Source: a virus
Virus record (IMG/VR): IMGVR_UViG_3300044638_004201
Location: 9,790 to 73,789 of that record
Length of the DNA: 64,000 nt
Direction: 5' to 3' (one strand)
The notes beneath the pieces are model-generated. The model saw only the letters and a program-made list of their open reading frames with translations. It ran no database searches and was not told the origin of the DNA. The position numbers and the translations under genes are program-made. Below are positions 46,378-55,932 of this stretch, in pieces; position 1 is the stretch's first letter; every line of letters starts with the position of its first letter.

Positions 46378-46884
46378 GTGGCAACACCTATAAATAAGGC
46401 ATCTGTTAGCAGTAATGCTAAAAATCTTGCTGTATTTTTGCAAGCAGTCTTAGACCAAGTTGTTTCTTCTTATGCTTCTTACAATATGCCTTTGCCTTCT
46501 AGAAGGTATTACACCTTAGGACAACCAGCAGTCGACTGCGAACAACTTGTTGTTTCATTTATTCAGATGTATGTCGGCTCTCCAGGAGATGAAGCAACAG
46601 AACCCCGCCGTTGCCAAGACCCTCGAAGCGCGACAATCAACGTTTCTATCTCTAGAGAAGTGCCAGTCGTTGGTCAAAATGGAAGACCACCATCAGCAGA
46701 CAACATTGAATCTTTCGCTGAGATTTCAGCATACGATGCTTGGATTTTATTAGACAGCGCTGCTCAATTAGATACCTGGGAACCGTCAGGTTTTGGTATG
46801 GGAGTAATTGCAACTGTAGAAGTTCAGGCACCAGAAGGCGGATTTCAAACCGTAGTTCTTACATTGACAGCGGCGATTCCATAA
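46378..46884 (+). CDS. Tail terminator-like protein
   Basis: Synteny; DCEQLVV, PEGG motifs. Confidence 0.55.
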   Translation: MATPINKASVSSNAKNLAVFLQAVLDQVVSSYASYNMPLPSRRYYTLGQPAVDCEQLVVSFIQMYVGSPGDEATEPRRCQDPRSATINVSISREVPVVGQNGRPPSADNIESFAEISAYDAWILLDSAAQLDTWEPSGFGMGVIATVEVQAPEGGFQTVVLTLTAAIP

Positions 46885-46885
46885 A

Positions 46886-47269
46886 ATGGCAACAGTAATT
46901 ATTAGAAAAGCAGAACTAGATTTCATGCTCAATAATCCATCTGGTGATGTCGGAAGATATTTAGCAAAAAAAGGAAGAATAGTTCAGGCTGCTGCTAAGT
47001 CTCAGGTTGGAGTACGAACTGGAGCACTTCGTTCCTCTATTCATATGCGCCACCTTCGTGATTCTAGAGGTCAATTTGTAAAAATTGGCTCATCATTGAA
47101 CTATGCACTACTTCACCATGAGGGAAGTAAGCCTCATCTAATCGTTCCCAACAGGGCAACGGTACTTAGGTTTGTTAACAGGGGCCGTGTGGTCTATGCC
47201 CACGCAGTCATGCATCCTGGAACAAAGGCAAATCGCTATCTTACTGACAACCTAAAGTTGGTAAAATAG
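46886..47269 (+). CDS. HK97 gp10-like tail completion protein
   Basis: VRTGALRSSI, YALLHHEGS, VMHPGT. Confidence 0.75.
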   Translation: MATVIIRKAELDFMLNNPSGDVGRYLAKKGRIVQAAAKSQVGVRTGALRSSIHMRHLRDSRGQFVKIGSSLNYALLHHEGSKPHLIVPNRATVLRFVNRGRVVYAHAVMHPGTKANRYLTDNLKLVK

Positions 47270-47328
47270 TTAGTAATTTACTATGCCAATAGTAAATAAA
47301 GACATACGAGAAACGAGGATAAACAAAG

Positions 47329-47682
47329 ATGACAAATCCGAGATTTAGGGATTTTGGTGCTGGTGACAGCATTTCAGAACCCCTTTCTTTCAAACTCCAT
47401 GGGGAAGAGTTTCACTGCAAGCCAGCACTCCAAGGAAAAGTTCTTTTGGACATGGTTGCTACTGCCCAGTCGGGTGCTGAAAGCGCTATTGCAAACAACC
47501 TAATTGAAACTTTTTTTGCAAAAGCACTTATTCAAGAAAGCCTTGTTCGTTTTGAGGCCTTACTACAAGACCCAGAAAAAATCGTAACTGTAGAAACGTT
47601 AGGAGAACTTACTTCCTGGTTAGTGGAGCAATACTCAAGCCGCCCTACGCAGGGGCCAGGGGACTCCTTGAGTGGGCAGTAG
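47329..47682 (+). CDS. Tail assembly chaperone
   Basis: Position two genes before tape measure; C-terminal Y..RPT. Confidence 0.7.
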   Translation: MTNPRFRDFGAGDSISEPLSFKLHGEEFHCKPALQGKVLLDMVATAQSGAESAIANNLIETFFAKALIQESLVRFEALLQDPEKIVTVETLGELTSWLVEQYSSRPTQGPGDSLSGQ

Positions 47683-47714
47683 ACCTTTGGCCTTATGTCA
47701 ACGGGAAAGCACTA

Positions 47715-48056
47715 ATGAGCGGCCTACAGATTTCTGAGTTGTCTTCTTCTGAAATGTTAGACGTTATACACGTCTTATTTGAAGAAGATTACACTAGCGC
47801 TGTTAGTGGAGAACAAGTTGACGCAAAGAACAAGATTAGAAAAATTATGTATAAAGAGTTCTATGACAGAACTTATACATATGGCGGAGGTTCAAACGAT
47901 TACTCTGAAGAGCCTTTAGGGTCTCAGGTGGATTACAGCGATGTAACTCCATTTGATCCAAAAAAGGCAGCAGTAAAGCCGTTTGTTCCTGCTACAGATA
48001 TTAATGAAAACTCTCCAAAACCATTTGGAAAAGTATTAGACGGCCCACTGGGCTAA
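47715..48056 (+). CDS. Tail assembly chaperone extension (possible frameshift product)
   Basis: Frame stays open back across the end of the upstream gene. Confidence 0.55.
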   Translation: MSGLQISELSSSEMLDVIHVLFEEDYTSAVSGEQVDAKNKIRKIMYKEFYDRTYTYGGGSNDYSEEPLGSQVDYSDVTPFDPKKAAVKPFVPATDINENSPKPFGKVLDGPLG

Positions 48057-48078
48057 GAATGTCGGGAGGTGATGGTAC

Positions 48079-51000
48079 GTGGCAGTTGTAGGTGATGCAT
48101 ATGTGGTTGTTCGGGCCATCACCACTGGCGTTGAAAAAGATATTAAAAACGCTTTTAATGGTACTGATCGTATTGGTGAAAATGCTGGAGATCGTGTCGG
48201 TAGGTCTTTTGTAAAAGGCTTTATGCGTGGTGGCGATGGCAGAAGTATGTTTTCCAACATTATTAGCCAAGCCACTGCTGCTAGAGAAAGATTTACTTCT
48301 TTAACTAGAGCAGGATACGCACTTGCCCCAGCCTTAACTGCCCTTGGTGGAATTATTGGTTTACTTGGCACAGGTCTACTCTCTCTTGGTTCAGTTATAG
48401 CCGCTGCGACAGCGCCTGCTTTTTATGTTCTTGCACAAAGTGTTACTGCTGTTGCTCAAGCGGCGATTACTCTTAAATTAGCATTTTCTGGAGTTGGTAA
48501 AGCAATCCAGGCTGGAAGTAAAGCCAAAAAGGCTGGAGCAGACAGAGCAAAAGCACTTGAAAAAGCAGAAGATAGGCTTACTAAAGCACAAAGGGCTCTA
48601 GCAAATGCTTATGAAGATGCAGCAACTAGAGAAGTAAAAGCAAAGAAGACAATTACAGATGCAGAAAAAGAACTTTCTAAAGCCCGTGAACAAGCAATTG
48701 AAGATTTACAACAAATTGGTTTTGAGTCAGAAGATGCCGCTATTGCTGAGCAAAAAGCAGCAATTGAACTTGAAAAAGCCCGTGAAACTCTTGCTCGTGT
48801 CTCTGACCTTCCACCAAACTCTCGTGCTCGTAAAGAAGCAGAACTGGCGTTTGCTCAAGCAGATTTGAATTATAGAAAAGCCATTGATGCAAACAATGAC
48901 TTAAAAAAGACAGAAGCAAAGAACGCTGAACTTGCTAAAAAGGGTCCCCAAGCCCTTATTGATGGTCAAGAAAATGTTGTTAATGCTTTGGCGTCAGTAG
49001 ATGATGCTACAAATGCTTATAACGAAACAATAAAAGACAATGAACGTTCAATTCTTAGTGCCACTGAGGCACGAGACGAAGCGGCAGAAGCCGTAGATGA
49101 TATAAAAAATAACAAAGATGCGACAGATGCCTACGCCGATGCTCTAGCAGAGTTATCAAAAGAGGCAAGAGCATTTGCTGAGTATATGGTTAACACTTTT
49201 ATACCAGCCCTTAAAGACTTAAAAGCAGCAGCAGGTGAAGAACTATTTCCAAAGTTAGAAACCGCTCTAGAAAATCTTAGAACTAAATTATTCCCGGCGC
49301 TAATCCCGCTCCTTAAGGAGACTGGCGGAGTTATCGGCGACATCGCTGTAAAGTTCTCTGAAGCAGTAACAAAGGGAGAGAATCTAGAAAGACTAGAAAG
49401 AATTTGGAAATCTAACGACAAAGTATTGAAAAATTTTGGTGATGCTTTAGTTAGTCTTTACGAGAACCTGCTAATTATTCTTGACAACATTAGCCCTCTT
49501 ACAGAAGAATTTTCTGCGTGGATTGCTGCTGTAACTGCGGGTTGGACAGAAACCCTCAAGGCTGATGAAGCCTCTGGAAAACTTAATGAAAAATTTCAAA
49601 CTGCTAGAGGAATCCTAAAAGACTTAGGTAAAATTATTGGAAACACTTTTGGCGGACTAGGCAAAATTATTGCTGCCAACGTTGGTCCAGGCAGTGGTGG
49701 TCAGTTCTTCCTAGACTATCTCAAAGAGGTTACTGGCAGATTTAAGAATATAACCGAAATTGATGGAAGACCTCTAAAAGACTTCTTTTTAGATGCTGCT
49801 GAAAACGGCACTAGATTATTAGACTTAATTGGAAATATTCTTGGTGGATTTATTGGCCTGGCTGACAACGAAGGACTTGGAATTTTTCTACTTCAACTTA
49901 ATGATGTAGTAGACATATTCCAAGAAATTGGCGAAAATCTTGATGCTTCTTTGCCATCATTTGGAAATTTCTTAATTCAGTTTGCAACATTTGTCGCTTT
50001 AGTTACAGAGAGCGGCTCAATTACAATATTTTTTGATACTCTTTCCAAAGTATTAGGAAAAATAAATGAATTTTTAGCAAGCGATTTGGGTCAAAAAATA
50101 TTAAACATATCTGCTCAAGTCTTGCCGCTACTAGCAGCCATTGGTCTTATTGGTAGCGTTGCAAAATTTGCCTTTTTAGTTGTTCTTGGAGGAATTGTAA
50201 AACTAATTACCCCATTTATAACATTAGGCACTGTTATATTTAATGCATATAAGGCTTTTATGGGTTTGAAGATTGTTATGCTACTTGGTGCTGGACCTGT
50301 TTTAGCAATTGTTGCAGGGATTGCCGCTTTAGTTGCAATTGTTGTACTTTTATTTACAAAAAGTGAAAAACTTAGAGAAGCGTTTATGCTTCTTATAGAT
50401 GGCGCTCTTGGTGCTCTTAAGGGAGCCTTTAATGACATTATGGGAGCAATTGACAGCATAATGCCATCAATTAGAAGTGTTGGTGAACTTTTTGAAAGCG
50501 TTGGAAACTTCTTAGCAGTAACCCTTGTTCCTATTTTAAGTTTTATTCTTGTTAGAGCCATTGGTGTTCTTTCTGGAGCAATTCAAAAAGTTATTTATGT
50601 TATTGGTGGAATTATTGAAGCCTTCAAGGCTGTGTGGTACTTTGTAAAGGGTATCTTCCAACTCCTAACAGGTAACACCGAAGGTGCTGCCGACTCTATG
50701 AAGAAGTCTTTCTCGGCAGCATTTAGTGCTATCAAGAATGTGATTAAATCAATTGTTGCTCCTTTCACTGGAGTAATCAACGCAATCTCAGATGCTTGGA
50801 ATAATTCTGTAGGTAAACTTAGTTGGACTATCCCTAAATGGGTGCCAGGTATTGGCGGAAATACCTTTAGTGTCCCTAAACTACCTCGCATTAACTTAGC
50901 AAATTTTGCCGAAGGTGGAACTGTATTCCCTCAAACAGGCGGAGTAATTGCTCGTGTTGCTGAAGCAGGTAGACCAGAGCGTATTGAGCCTTTAGACCCA

Positions 51001-51165
51001 GAAGGTTTGTCAGTTAGAGATAAAGCAATCATTGACAGACTTTCTGGTGGTGGTGGAAAGGGAGTTGTTATAAATGTTCATCCATCTGAAGGCATGGACG
51101 AGAGAGAACTAGCAGCAATAGTTTCTCGTCAGATTGCTTTTGCAACTCGTAGGGGAGCAGCATAA
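48079..51165 (+). CDS. Tape measure protein
   Basis: MAVVGDAYVVV start, long Ala/Leu helical and hydrophobic repeats, AEGG..AEAGRPE. Confidence 0.9.
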   Translation: MAVVGDAYVVVRAITTGVEKDIKNAFNGTDRIGENAGDRVGRSFVKGFMRGGDGRSMFSNIISQATAARERFTSLTRAGYALAPALTALGGIIGLLGTGLLSLGSVIAAATAPAFYVLAQSVTAVAQAAITLKLAFSGVGKAIQAGSKAKKAGADRAKALEKAEDRLTKAQRALANAYEDAATREVKAKKTITDAEKELSKAREQAIEDLQQIGFESEDAAIAEQKAAIELEKARETLARVSDLPPNSRARKEAELAFAQADLNYRKAIDANNDLKKTEAKNAELAKKGPQALIDGQENVVNALASVDDATNAYNETIKDNERSILSATEARDEAAEAVDDIKNNKDATDAYADALAELSKEARAFAEYMVNTFIPALKDLKAAAGEELFPKLETALENLRTKLFPALIPLLKETGGVIGDIAVKFSEAVTKGENLERLERIWKSNDKVLKNFGDALVSLYENLLIILDNISPLTEEFSAWIAAVTAGWTETLKADEASGKLNEKFQTARGILKDLGKIIGNTFGGLGKIIAANVGPGSGGQFFLDYLKEVTGRFKNITEIDGRPLKDFFLDAAENGTRLLDLIGNILGGFIGLADNEGLGIFLLQLNDVVDIFQEIGENLDASLPSFGNFLIQFATFVALVTESGSITIFFDTLSKVLGKINEFLASDLGQKILNISAQVLPLLAAIGLIGSVAKFAFLVVLGGIVKLITPFITLGTVIFNAYKAFMGLKIVMLLGAGPVLAIVAGIAALVAIVVLLFTKSEKLREAFMLLIDGALGALKGAFNDIMGAIDSIMPSIRSVGELFESVGNFLAVTLVPILSFILVRAIGVLSGAIQKVIYVIGGIIEAFKAVWYFVKGIFQLLTGNTEGAADSMKKSFSAAFSAIKNVIKSIVAPFTGVINAISDAWNNSVGKLSWTIPKWVPGIGGNTFSVPKLPRINLANFAEGGTVFPQTGGVIARVAEAGRPERIEPLDPEGLSVRDKAIIDRLSGGGGKGVVINVHPSEGMDERELAAIVSRQIAFATRRGAA

Positions 51166-52322
51166 TGTCATTGACACAAGCGGAAGAAAATAATTATGTA
51201 GACCGCTCGCTCATTCCGCTACCGCAACCGCACCTAACAGGTATGAAGTTGCAGGAAGACATCTCGCTCAACGAGTTTGTTTTCAACAGGGTAGATGAGT
51301 TTGGCGTTGTTTGGGTCATTACAAATATTGAAGGATGGTGGCAACACCCTGCACCAGATGTTCCAGATATCAGACGCGGCTGGGGAGATGGCTCTTACGA
51401 CGTTAAGGGTCGCTACAACGCTAGAGATATTACTCTTGAGGGTGTAATTCTTACACCTAACCCAAGCCTACTTGCTGCTGCTAGAGCACGATTTATTGCT
51501 GCTACAAACCTTGTCTATTCGGGAGGATGGTTAAAAACAGATGAAAACCCTACTAAGGCTTGCTGGGTTAGACTCAGTGGAGAGCCAAAGATTGAAACAG
51601 TCAATGCTCGCGGTAGAACTGAGTTTTCCATTGGTCTTCGCGCTGCTGACCCAATAAAGTATCAGTGGAATGCGGCAAATGAAAGTGGCTATTTTGAACA
51701 AGAGATTCTTGCTAAATCAGTAAGCCCTTCTCGCACAGGCTCCGCTGTTATTACAAATAGTGGTGATTACCCTGTCAGTACATATATAACAGTTGTAGGA
51801 CCAGTTGTTGGTCCAGCAGTTATCTCTAACGAAACAAATGAAGAGTTTATTACTATTACTGGAACCCTTCGTGCTTTGACAACAAAAACTATCAACAACC
51901 GAGGAATCACAGACAACTTAGTCACTATCGGCACAACTGCGGCTCATGGGCTGACTGCTGGAGATTCTGTAACTATTAGCGGACTAGGTGCTCCATACGA
52001 CGGAGTGCAGATAGTTGCTAGTGTTGTTGGCTCAGAGTCTATTTCTACTCAATTTACTTTTGAAGTTAGTTCAGGAAATGTTGCATACGGTGCTGGCTCT
52101 GGCTCACTTGTTTATGGACCTGACCTACTTGAGATTGATACATACAACAGAACTGTCTACCTCAATGGTCAATACTTTGGAGCACGAACAAAACTTGAGG
52201 TCTACAACGACTGGGTTACTCTTTCCCCTGGCGCAAATACAATTCTTTATTATGACAATGGAGCAGCCTCTGCTTCGGCTTCAAAAATTACAGTTGAATA
52301 CAGGTCTGGCTGGCTAGGCTAA
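51165..52322 (+). CDS. Distal tail (Dit-like) protein
   Basis: Follows TMP; ARDITLEG, LRAADP, LSPGAN. Confidence 0.75.
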   Translation: MSLTQAEENNYVDRSLIPLPQPHLTGMKLQEDISLNEFVFNRVDEFGVVWVITNIEGWWQHPAPDVPDIRRGWGDGSYDVKGRYNARDITLEGVILTPNPSLLAAARARFIAATNLVYSGGWLKTDENPTKACWVRLSGEPKIETVNARGRTEFSIGLRAADPIKYQWNAANESGYFEQEILAKSVSPSRTGSAVITNSGDYPVSTYITVVGPVVGPAVISNETNEEFITITGTLRALTTKTINNRGITDNLVTIGTTAAHGLTAGDSVTISGLGAPYDGVQIVASVVGSESISTQFTFEVSSGNVAYGAGSGSLVYGPDLLEIDTYNRTVYLNGQYFGARTKLEVYNDWVTLSPGANTILYYDNGAASASASKITVEYRSGWLG

Positions 52323-52350
52323 AAACAACAAAACAAAAGGAAAAAGTGAC

Positions 52351-54765
52351 ATGGCAACGAATGAAGTAACACCAGCGGATTATCGCTACTACACTGTTGA
52401 TTTGCTGACCAACAATGTAATTGCTGAAATCCCTTTTACTGGCGTTTCCTATTCTCGTGCTCTTAGCAAGGCTGGCTCATTTTCTGGCGATATTCCAATG
52501 ATTGATGCCACTTCCTCTTTTAATCTTTATGAAACAACTATGCCTGGAAAGACAGCACTCTATGTATTGCGTAACGGAGTCTGTGTGTGGGGCGGAATTA
52601 TTTGGTCTCGCTCATACTCTCCAGCAAACAAAACCCTGACTATTGATGGTCAAGAGTTTATAAGTTACCTCTATCACCGTGCTGTTTGGCAGACTCTTTA
52701 CTACGGCTCAGAGGGCGTCTACTGTTCTAAGTATCAAGCAGGATCTGGTACAGCAACTGTATTTACAGATGTAGACCACGGCTTTGCTATAGGAGACAAA
52801 GTAAGAGTTGCGTCCCTCAATCCAGCAATTAATGGAGACCACACCATTACTGCAACTCCATCTTTAGCAAGTTTTAGTTTTGCTAGCGCAGCGACTCTTG
52901 CCTTGAGTCCATCAAGTACGGGACTGGCAAGAACTATCGTTGATTCTTACGAAGTTGTACGAGATATTTTAGGCTGGCTTTCTGATGATTTTGGTGATAA
53001 CCAATTTATCAATGATGAAATTAAGCCAGCAAGTGAAATTGAATACTCAATTGTAAATAAGGCTATGACAAGTGGCTTAGCAACCCTTACTACATCTCTG
53101 CCTCACGACCTTATTGAAGGACAACTTTTAGAGATTATTGATGTCGATGCTGCTATTGATGGATACAGAATAATTACATCTATACCTACCTCTACAAGTT
53201 TTACATTTCAAGTAGAAGGAAGTAGTGCAAATGTGGCTTCTGCTGCTACATCTGGTCTTTCTACATATAACGTAACCGCAAAAGCCATAGTAAATAATCT
53301 TTACTCTGTAACCAATAAACTTGCCTCAAACAACATTGTTACTCTCACAACTAATGCTGCTCATAATTTAGTTCCAGGAGATGAAGTAAGCATTGCTAAG
53401 GTGGACTCCAACCTCAACGGAACATATACTGTTCTTACCACCCCTGCTGCTAATACTTTTACATACGCAAAAACAGTAACTAATATTGCATCTACCGTTG
53501 TAACTGGCGGTGAGGCTTCATACAAGACTGCTGTTCTTGTGACCTCTACAAATCACGGACTTAGCGCTAGAAAAACTATTGTTGTTGATATAGATGATGC
53601 AGCGTATGACGGTGTAAAAACAGTGTCAAGTATTGTAGATGCTACGACTTTGAAGTTTACTCTATTTAGCACGCTCACCGCAGCAACAGAGAGTGTCTTT
53701 GGCGGAACTCTCAAGTGGGGCTCACGGGCTGTTGCTGGTACTTATGGTTCATACTCTTCTAACTCCAGTATTGGAATTGACACTACTAACAATTTGAGCG
53801 GAAAGTATCTTGGAGCAACCCAGCAGGTCTTTAGAGGCTCTGAGTTGAAGTACTTTGGAGAAATCCTCGAAGACTTTGCTAAGAATATTGACGGTTTTGA
53901 GTATAGGATTGATTGCGACTTTACTAACGATGAGTTTACTCGTACATTTAGATTTGTTCCTTTTATCCCGCCTCCACAAAAAATCAATGTTGTAAATAAG
54001 CAACTTACATCTAATATTGCTACTTTGACAACTGAAGGCGCTCACGGGCTAGAAGTAAATGAAGAAATTGTTATTGCTGATGTTGGTTTGAACTTTAATG
54101 GAACCTATGTTGTTTTATCAACCCCAACTTCTAACACCTTTACATATCAGTCATATGGCAACAATGTTCCCTCTACTGCTTGTTTAGGTTCTATCGGCTC
54201 TGTTCATCCGCTTAGTGTGCTCGGCGCAGACCAATATGTTTTTGAGTACCCTGGAAACATTCTTGATTTCAAGGTAGACGAAAACGCTGAAGATTCAGCG
54301 ACTCGTATGTGGGTTAGCGGAAACAATGATGGATTAGATGGAGAAGCAAGTCAGCCATACGCTGCGGCAACCTCAACAGATATGCTTGCTGGTGGATGGC
54401 CAGTTTTAGATTTAATTGAAGAAAAAAATGATGTACAAACTTCTATTGCAGGTGAAGCAGCCTTATACGACTACGCAAAAGAATTTTTAGATGAAGCACG
54501 ACCACCAGAGGCAACCTTTACTATAGAAGTAAATGGATCTATCAACCCTGTTGTTGGTGATTACTTGCCAGGAGATTGGTGCTCTATTATTATTGATGAT
54601 GAGTTTGTTCGACTTCGTTTAGGTAGCGATTTAGAGCCACGAGGCGACATCATTGTTAGAAAAATTGTTGGCTATAAGGTGAGCGTGCCAGACACTCCAA
54701 CCTTCCCAGAAAAAGTATCATTAGAACTTATTAGTGAGTGGAAGGAGGACAGAAAGAATGCCTAG
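52351..54765 (+). CDS. Minor tail / baseplate hub protein with inserted beta repeats
   Basis: IAEIP, LSKAGS, RNGVCVWGGIIW (ReqiPepy6 gp37-like); repeated T..HGL..GD.V.I units. Confidence 0.75.
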   Translation: MATNEVTPADYRYYTVDLLTNNVIAEIPFTGVSYSRALSKAGSFSGDIPMIDATSSFNLYETTMPGKTALYVLRNGVCVWGGIIWSRSYSPANKTLTIDGQEFISYLYHRAVWQTLYYGSEGVYCSKYQAGSGTATVFTDVDHGFAIGDKVRVASLNPAINGDHTITATPSLASFSFASAATLALSPSSTGLARTIVDSYEVVRDILGWLSDDFGDNQFINDEIKPASEIEYSIVNKAMTSGLATLTTSLPHDLIEGQLLEIIDVDAAIDGYRIITSIPTSTSFTFQVEGSSANVASAATSGLSTYNVTAKAIVNNLYSVTNKLASNNIVTLTTNAAHNLVPGDEVSIAKVDSNLNGTYTVLTTPAANTFTYAKTVTNIASTVVTGGEASYKTAVLVTSTNHGLSARKTIVVDIDDAAYDGVKTVSSIVDATTLKFTLFSTLTAATESVFGGTLKWGSRAVAGTYGSYSSNSSIGIDTTNNLSGKYLGATQQVFRGSELKYFGEILEDFAKNIDGFEYRIDCDFTNDEFTRTFRFVPFIPPPQKINVVNKQLTSNIATLTTEGAHGLEVNEEIVIADVGLNFNGTYVVLSTPTSNTFTYQSYGNNVPSTACLGSIGSVHPLSVLGADQYVFEYPGNILDFKVDENAEDSATRMWVSGNNDGLDGEASQPYAAATSTDMLAGGWPVLDLIEEKNDVQTSIAGEAALYDYAKEFLDEARPPEATFTIEVNGSINPVVGDYLPGDWCSIIIDDEFVRLRLGSDLEPRGDIIVRKIVGYKVSVPDTPTFPEKVSLELISEWKEDRKNA

Positions 54766-55903
54766 TAGACGCCGTTCCCGTAATAAAAACTTAGGAAATA
54801 ACCTTGCTGATGTTCAGCGCAGATTGCGTAATATGGAGCGCAGACCTGTCCGCACAAAACTCCAAAACAGAGTTGTAACTACCGCTGCTATTGCTGTCAA
54901 TGCTGTTGGTCCAGATGAAGTAAGTTTTGGTACAACAGTTATTACAGATGCCGCAGTAAACACTATTGAAAACCCAAAAGATGGTCTTTTAGTTATCAAT
55001 GAGACCGCTGGAACTACCTCTGTTTACTCAGAAGAACAAAAAGACTACATACAACTTCCAGCGGTAGATGATGACGCTAGAACAGTAGCAAACGGCAAAA
55101 ACACAATTTACTACCAAAACAGCGCACCTTCAGGGGGAACATATGCTGTAGATGACACATGGTTTGATTCTGATGATGGCTACAAAATGTATACCTGGAC
55201 TGGTACTACTTGGTCCGGGTTTCAACTAGGAAACAGCGCTATAGCAGAAATCTCTGCTACAAAAATTACCGCTGGGTCTTTGGCCGCTGGGGTCATTGTT
55301 ACATCTAACCTAAGTGCTGGTCAGATTACTACAGGCTCTCTCAGTTCTGCGGTAATTGCAACTACAGCCCTGAATGCAAACAATATTACTGCTGGAATTA
55401 TTTCTGGTATTACACTAAAAACATCTGGAACTGGTAGAAGAATTGAAATAACAAATGAAGATGACTTAATTTTTTATGATGCCGACTCTAGAGTAGGAAC
55501 TGTTACACCGATTGCGGAAAACTGGAATCCTGAAGAGGATGGAACTATTATTATTAATGATGGAATTATGATTTATGGAGGACCAGACGCTGTATCTCAG
55601 GGTGGTCAGAAATTTCCATCATATGTTGCTACTGACACTGGTCTTTCTATTTTTGGTAGCAATAAAAACTATATGGAATTTGATGCATCGTCTGTTAGAA
55701 CATATGGAGAATATTCACTAAATCAGGCTGACATTATTTCTCTAAATTCTGGATATGCCCCAACTCCTGGCGATTGGTATGTTGAAATTAATGGTCCACT
55801 TGTTTTTAACCGCAATCAAGATGAGGGCCCTCTCTCTGAAGGTTCTGGACAACCGCCATCAGATGGTCACACTTTTGGACAAATAGTATTTAGATATACC
55901 TAA
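54758..55903 (+). CDS. Minor tail protein
   Basis: NGKNTIYY..DTWFD, ISATKITAG repeats. Confidence 0.65.
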   Translation: MPSRRRSRNKNLGNNLADVQRRLRNMERRPVRTKLQNRVVTTAAIAVNAVGPDEVSFGTTVITDAAVNTIENPKDGLLVINETAGTTSVYSEEQKDYIQLPAVDDDARTVANGKNTIYYQNSAPSGGTYAVDDTWFDSDDGYKMYTWTGTTWSGFQLGNSAIAEISATKITAGSLAAGVIVTSNLSAGQITTGSLSSAVIATTALNANNITAGIISGITLKTSGTGRRIEITNEDDLIFYDADSRVGTVTPIAENWNPEEDGTIIINDGIMIYGGPDAVSQGGQKFPSYVATDTGLSIFGSNKNYMEFDASSVRTYGEYSLNQADIISLNSGYAPTPGDWYVEINGPLVFNRNQDEGPLSEGSGQPPSDGHTFGQIVFRYT

Positions 55904-55932
55904 AAGAATATAACAAAGGACAAAGACAAAAG

